DNA of 63,849 nt, counting the filler, from Polymyxa betae A26-41 (Eukaryota > Protista > Endomyxa: Phytomyxea): assembly GCA_003693705.1 (NCBI GenBank). It is 5 parts of 5 records of this genome, joined end to end, with 100 filler letters (N's around TTAATTAATTAA, not from the genome) between each part and the next. Parts side by side here need not be neighbours in the genome. Positions count along the whole stretch, not along the records: positions 56,552 to 63,849 come from RBZT01000019.1; 4 more parts are not named here. One strand, given 5' to 3'. The notes under the pieces are model-generated. The model searched no databases. It was given only the letters and a program-made list of their open reading frames with translations, and was not told where the DNA came from. Made by a program: the position numbers and the translations under genes. Below are positions 59,998 to 63,849 of the stretch, in pieces (positions within the stretch are counted from its first letter, which is position 1; each line of letters begins with the position of its first letter).

Positions 59998-61337
59998 ATG
60001 GATGCTTGGCGACAGCGACTGCTCCTTGATATCGAATCTTGGGCTGAATCCGATTCGGATGACGATATTGAACAGTTCTTTGCCGATCTGGTTGGGCCTC
60101 AACCAACGACACGAGGAGGTTCTGTCCTTGGTCGTGGCGCGAACTTGTATTTCATCCCTCGACCTGTATTCACTAATATCATGTTCCGCTGTCGGTTCAG
60201 AATGAGGTTTGCTTACTGTTTGCTGGCCTCTGGGCAATATTTATTTTGTTTAATACAGGCGCACCCTATTTGACAGGATAATGAGAGGAGTTGTGGAAGT
60301 TGATGATTATTTCGAACAAAAAGTCGACGCGTTAGGACTTCCGGGATTATCTACTGTTCAGAAATGTGTTGCAGCTCATCGGATGCTTTGCTACAGTTTA
60401 CCAGCTGATGGTGTTGAAGAATACGTTCGAATTGGAGAATCAACAGCGTTACTGTCGTTCAAGGATGGTGTTTATATAGGATCCAGAAACTACTGATTTT
60501 GAATCTCGATCATCAGCGATGCTGTGCCGCAATAGTAGAGAAGTTTGGAGCTGAATATCTTCGTGAGCCCACTGTAGACGATGTTGAACGGAACCTGCAA
60601 CAGAACGCAAAGCGTGGATTTCCAGGAATGTTTGGCTCATTGGATTGCACGCATCTCACCTGGGACAAATGCCCTGTTTCAGAACATGGGCAGTACTTAG
60701 ATAGGGAAGGGAACAAATCAATTGTAATGAAGGCTATCGCCAGCCGCGATTTATGGATTTGGCATGCTTTTATTGGCATTCCAGGATCCAACAACGACAT
60801 TAATATCGTTGACCGGTCACCAATAATGAACCGCTTACTGAAGGGAGTAGCCCCTCATGTACAGATTGTTGTCAATGGAAACGAATATTCTATGGCCTAC
60901 CTGCTCGTCGACGGAATCTATCCGAATTGGCCCATCTTCCTGAAGACCATATCCCACCCACAAGGTCTGAAGCGACCGTATTACGCGAAGCAACAAGAAG
61001 CGGTTCAAAAGGACGTCGAACGTGCTTTTGGGGTGATACAAGCACGATTCGCAATGTTGAAAAACCCGTGTCGTGTTTGGGATAGACAGACAATCATTAC
61101 CTTCTGGACCGCCTGCGTTATTCTGCACAATACGATTATCGAAGACGAACGCGAGCGTGGATTAGAGTGCCTCTTCGCAAAGCAAGAGTTTGTTAGAGCT
61201 GACGTTCAGGAAAGAATGCGACACCCTTTCACCTTTGAGAAACTGGTAGAAGCTTCAAAAACCGCAACGAATGAAGCATCGTACTTTCGCCTACGGGACG
61301 ATATTGTGGAAGAAATGTGGCGACGAAAAGGTGAGGA
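59998..61337 (+). pseudogene. PIF DDE transposase with short introns
   Basis: FRCRFRMR|RTLF across intron 60207-60258; GFPGMFGSLDC, WIWHAFIG.PGSNNDIN, YLLVDGIYP, KDVERAFG, CVILHN. Confidence 0.92.
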
Positions 61338-61875
61338 TGTTAGGATCGAGTAAAAGGTCCCCTTTTATTGGTTAGATAAGCGGTGCGATGACTCGGGAGC
61401 GGAGGGTAGGACGCGGACCGGTGTCCTGCAACGGAGCGACGTCAGGGAGTCCTCGGAGGCGGAGCGGCGGGCACGGAGTGGAGCGGAGAAAGCAGCGGAG
61501 TGGAGCGGAGAGAGGATCGGAGTGGAGCGTAGGAAGGACGGAGCGGTGCCGGTGAGACGGAGGCGGAGCGGAGACGAAGGTCGGAGGGAAGTCGGAGGTG
61601 AGGCGAGGCGAGAGAACGAAGCAATAGAGAGTCGGGACGAGACGAGAAACGTATGAATATTGGAGTTGATCGGAATGGTTGCGTCGGAGGCCGCTCCTCG
61701 CCATTCATAGTGGGAGACGAGGGGACCCGCGCAGTCCGTGACAGTTAGGGCTCTTCCCCTATAGGAGTCGTCAGCAGGGGCGCAGCCCTCTGCGCAGCCC
61801 CTCAGGAGGGCCAGTACGACTGCCTGGTGTTCGGCTGGGCGGCTGCGAGTACTGTCATGCTCAATGGGCATGACA
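61338..61875 (-). repeat. Family D solo LTR
   Basis: Reverse complement of 58664-59197; TSD GAGGA/GAGAA. Confidence 0.9.
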
Positions 61876-61924
61876 GAGAAACGATATCTTTAGGGTTTAG
61901 CAATCTTTTGAAATATATGCTCGA

Positions 61925-62678
61925 TCATTTCTGTTCGTCAGTGTCATTTTGCTGCTTTTTCATCGATTGCAGGATTTCAGCACGAGCAAGCTTGAAGAAC
62001 TGCTTGGCGTCTTCGTCCAAATTTTCAAGATTGGCAGAGAACAGTGCCATTCGCGCTTGCAACTGCATCGCCTTTGCTTTGGTTTGTTGAGCGTCTGCAA
62101 AACCTCTCGCAGCCCGCGAATTATCGAAAGCCAACTGCTTTTGCTCTTTGGCAGCTTTGGAACCCTGTTGTTTTCGGTGCCAGGCTCGTCGATCACTTCC
62201 ACGACTTCGTCGTTTTCGTCCAGCTTCAGACGCTTCACCGCTTTTGAGGGCAGGTTTTGCTTGGACCGCAAGTCCTGCCACTTAGGAAAGTCTCTAAGGA
62301 TATACCAGACATGGATGACAGTAAATTCAGACGGCTTCTGATCAGAATTCGTTGATTTATACAGTTCCAATGCCATTTTATCATATCTTCCTCACTGGCT
62401 CCACTTGGATTCAAATCCTTGATAGCAGCGTACGAACCTACGAATTTAGAGACATCATGTTGGATCGTGCCCCATTTGGTAGCAGGGGATTTGGCTGAGC
62501 CAGCAAAAGAGCTTTCACCCATTGGCTCATTGAAATGGGCCTCGACCCGCTCCCAGAATGTGGACGCCTTTTGACCAACGCCTGTCGAAGCGTCCTGAGA
62601 CACATTGAACCATGATCGCGCCAGTTGTCACTCTTCAGCAGATGAGAAGTTCGATCCCCGTTGACGTTTCTGAGACAT
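61925..62678 (-). pseudogene. PIF accessory Myb/SANT-like (NAM-associated) protein
   Basis: NFSSAEE…SWFNVSQDASTGVGQKASTFWERV…KWGTIQHDVSKF…HVWYILRDFPKW. Confidence 0.85.
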
Positions 62679-62866
62679 TTCGGCTAGCAAGAATGATTTG
62701 CCGTCGCAACGGAAAACCCACTCGTTTTGCAGTCCTACCCTCGCAGTTTACAGATCGCTGTAAAATTTTTACCGTTTTCCGTCATGCGGTGGAACCAAAA
62801 ATCTGTATTTTTTACTGAAAATTACAGTTACCGCGGCATTTTCGGTCCGCGGTGGAGATGCTCTAA

Positions 62867-63260
62867 TAGAGTAGATAATGATGAGCACCTCAATATCATC
62901 AAAAGAAACGACAGAGATGGTTATAGAGTGCAATTCTCATTTAAGTCTATGAAGAATATTGACAAATCATTTGAAAACCTTGTTGATGCCATTGATTTCC
63001 GCAATATAATACAACTGATAATTGACAATAATGAGAAAATTTGCCTGGTGTTTGTAGATCTTTATTAGAACGATATGAAACACATAGCAATCACAAAATA
63101 TGGAAAATATCAACTGATTATCAAAAAGCAAAAACCTGAAATTTGATAAGCCATTCAAAACACTTGATGATGCGAAGAGGAAAAGGGAAGAACTATTGAA
63201 GGAATATTATAATGACTCATCTAGTCTTGACACATCTAACACCAACATATAAAAATGAAA
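62867..63260 (+). pseudogene. AT-rich fragment with two AP2-like DNA-binding repeats (virus-like)
   Basis: HLNIIKR…GYRVQF…KSFENLVDAIDFRN and MKHIAITKYGKYQLIIKK…FKTLDDAKRKREELL. Confidence 0.5.
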
Positions 63261-63740
63261 TAAACTTGATAAAATTATGGCAAAAGTATGTCAACCAATG
63301 ACTACTTATGAGAGAGTATAGGACGGAGAGCGGAATAGCAATCTGAGACGTCTGACATATAGCGTCTTTCAACCAATCTTTTCCCTTTTACAGTGCGGGC
63401 AGTCTTAAACCGACAACATTTGTATGGGGAATTGTCGGGGTCTATTGAGGCCTCCCAAAGGGTTCCAACCAAAATTATTATCTCGTAATTCGACAGATCT
63501 CATCGTTTAGAAGAAAGTTACGAAAAAAATTTCGAAAAAAGTAAATTCCAAGAGCTGTGATTCGAATTTTTTTGTATGGGACATAGAAGAAATGAGAAAT
63601 GTATGGGAAAACACGAAATAATATAGCGCTGCCGACTGCGGGGCCTCTGCGCGGCCTCGGGCGCAACCCTCTTCCGTACGGTGATGATTTGCATGCTGTC
63701 GAATCACACATTTCTCACATTTGATCGGATCTTAGATAGA

Positions 63741-63849
63741 ATGGCACCTCCAACTAAGCGACAGCGCCAGCTTCGTCTCTTGCTGGATGCCAAGCGAAAG
63801 AACCTCGCAGTTGAGCGGGCTGATGTAGAGCTCGTGGATGAAGTTCAAA
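63741..63849 (+). CDS. Start of an unidentified ORF, truncated by the window end
   Basis: MAPPTKRQRQLRLLLDAKRKNL…; basic N-terminus, no diagnostic motif. Confidence 0.3.
   Translation, partial: MAPPTKRQRQLRLLLDAKRKNLAVERADVELVDEVQ

Larger units (their letters stand above)
59872..62863 (+). mobile_element. PIF/Harbinger #4 (near complete; left TIR missing)
   Basis: Right TIR …GTGGAGATGCTC then TAA at 62864-62866; convergent transposase and Myb-like gene. Confidence 0.92.

Noticed and set aside
58633-61871. Pro/Ser/Arg-rich ORFs at 58633-59170 and 61365-61871
   Set aside because: Spurious translations of the low-complexity family D LTR.
41446-62863. One giant PIF bounded by the TIR at 41446 and the TIR at 62863, splitting a single viral region
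   Set aside because: The TIRs differ (GAGCAACCAC versus GAGCATCTCC), each side has its own transposase, a contig linker intervenes, and the flanking viral frames are on opposite strands.
1-63849. Fanzor/TnpB RNA-guided nuclease associated with the DNA transposons
   Set aside because: No RuvC plus zinc-ribbon signature (DPG…E…CxxC…RDxNA) in any ORF, including the Tc1-group and viral regions.

Overview
This is eukaryotic, transposon-saturated DNA with no recognisable housekeeping gene, rRNA, tRNA gene or CRISPR array. It consists of five contigs joined by artificial 100-bp N/TTAATTAATTAA/N linkers (7012-7111, 34355-34454, 38887-38986, 56452-56551), so adjacency across linkers is not biological. 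Transposase genes carry tiny GT-AG introns (42-52 nt) and the TE families look fungal, oomycete or protist-like; the host cannot be fixed from sequence alone. Almost every base belongs to nested, mostly decayed mobile elements that I delimited by hand from LTRs/TIRs and target-site duplications (TSDs). Retroelements: several Ty3/Gypsy elements (some chromoviruses), two Ty1/Copia elements and many solo LTRs. DNA transposons: four PIF/Harbinger elements plus a Tourist MITE, a Harbinger-related element with ATT TSD plus a two-copy 657-bp MITE, three Mutator-like elements (one with a GCM-like domain), two hAT derivatives, a CACTA-type transposase, a Tc1/mariner-group transposase and a Tc2/pogo-like element with an OTU protease domain. 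The best candidates for new biology are: (1) an AT-rich Polinton/Maverick-like viral relic (38987-41445) whose replication gene appears to be one PolB + SF1 helicase + GIY-YIG (+AP2-like) fusion, followed by an integrase-like N-terminus; (2) non-canonical reverse-transcription priming in every readable LTR-leader junction: self-priming in two Gypsy families, half-tRNA priming in two Copia (one resembling tRNA-Lys rather than iMet), and a (CCCTAA)n telomere-type tract in place of a PBS; (3) the OTU-DDE transposon; (4) an orphan zinc-finger/tyrosine-recombinase-like/Myb-like gene. All family assignments come from motif recognition by eye, not database searches.
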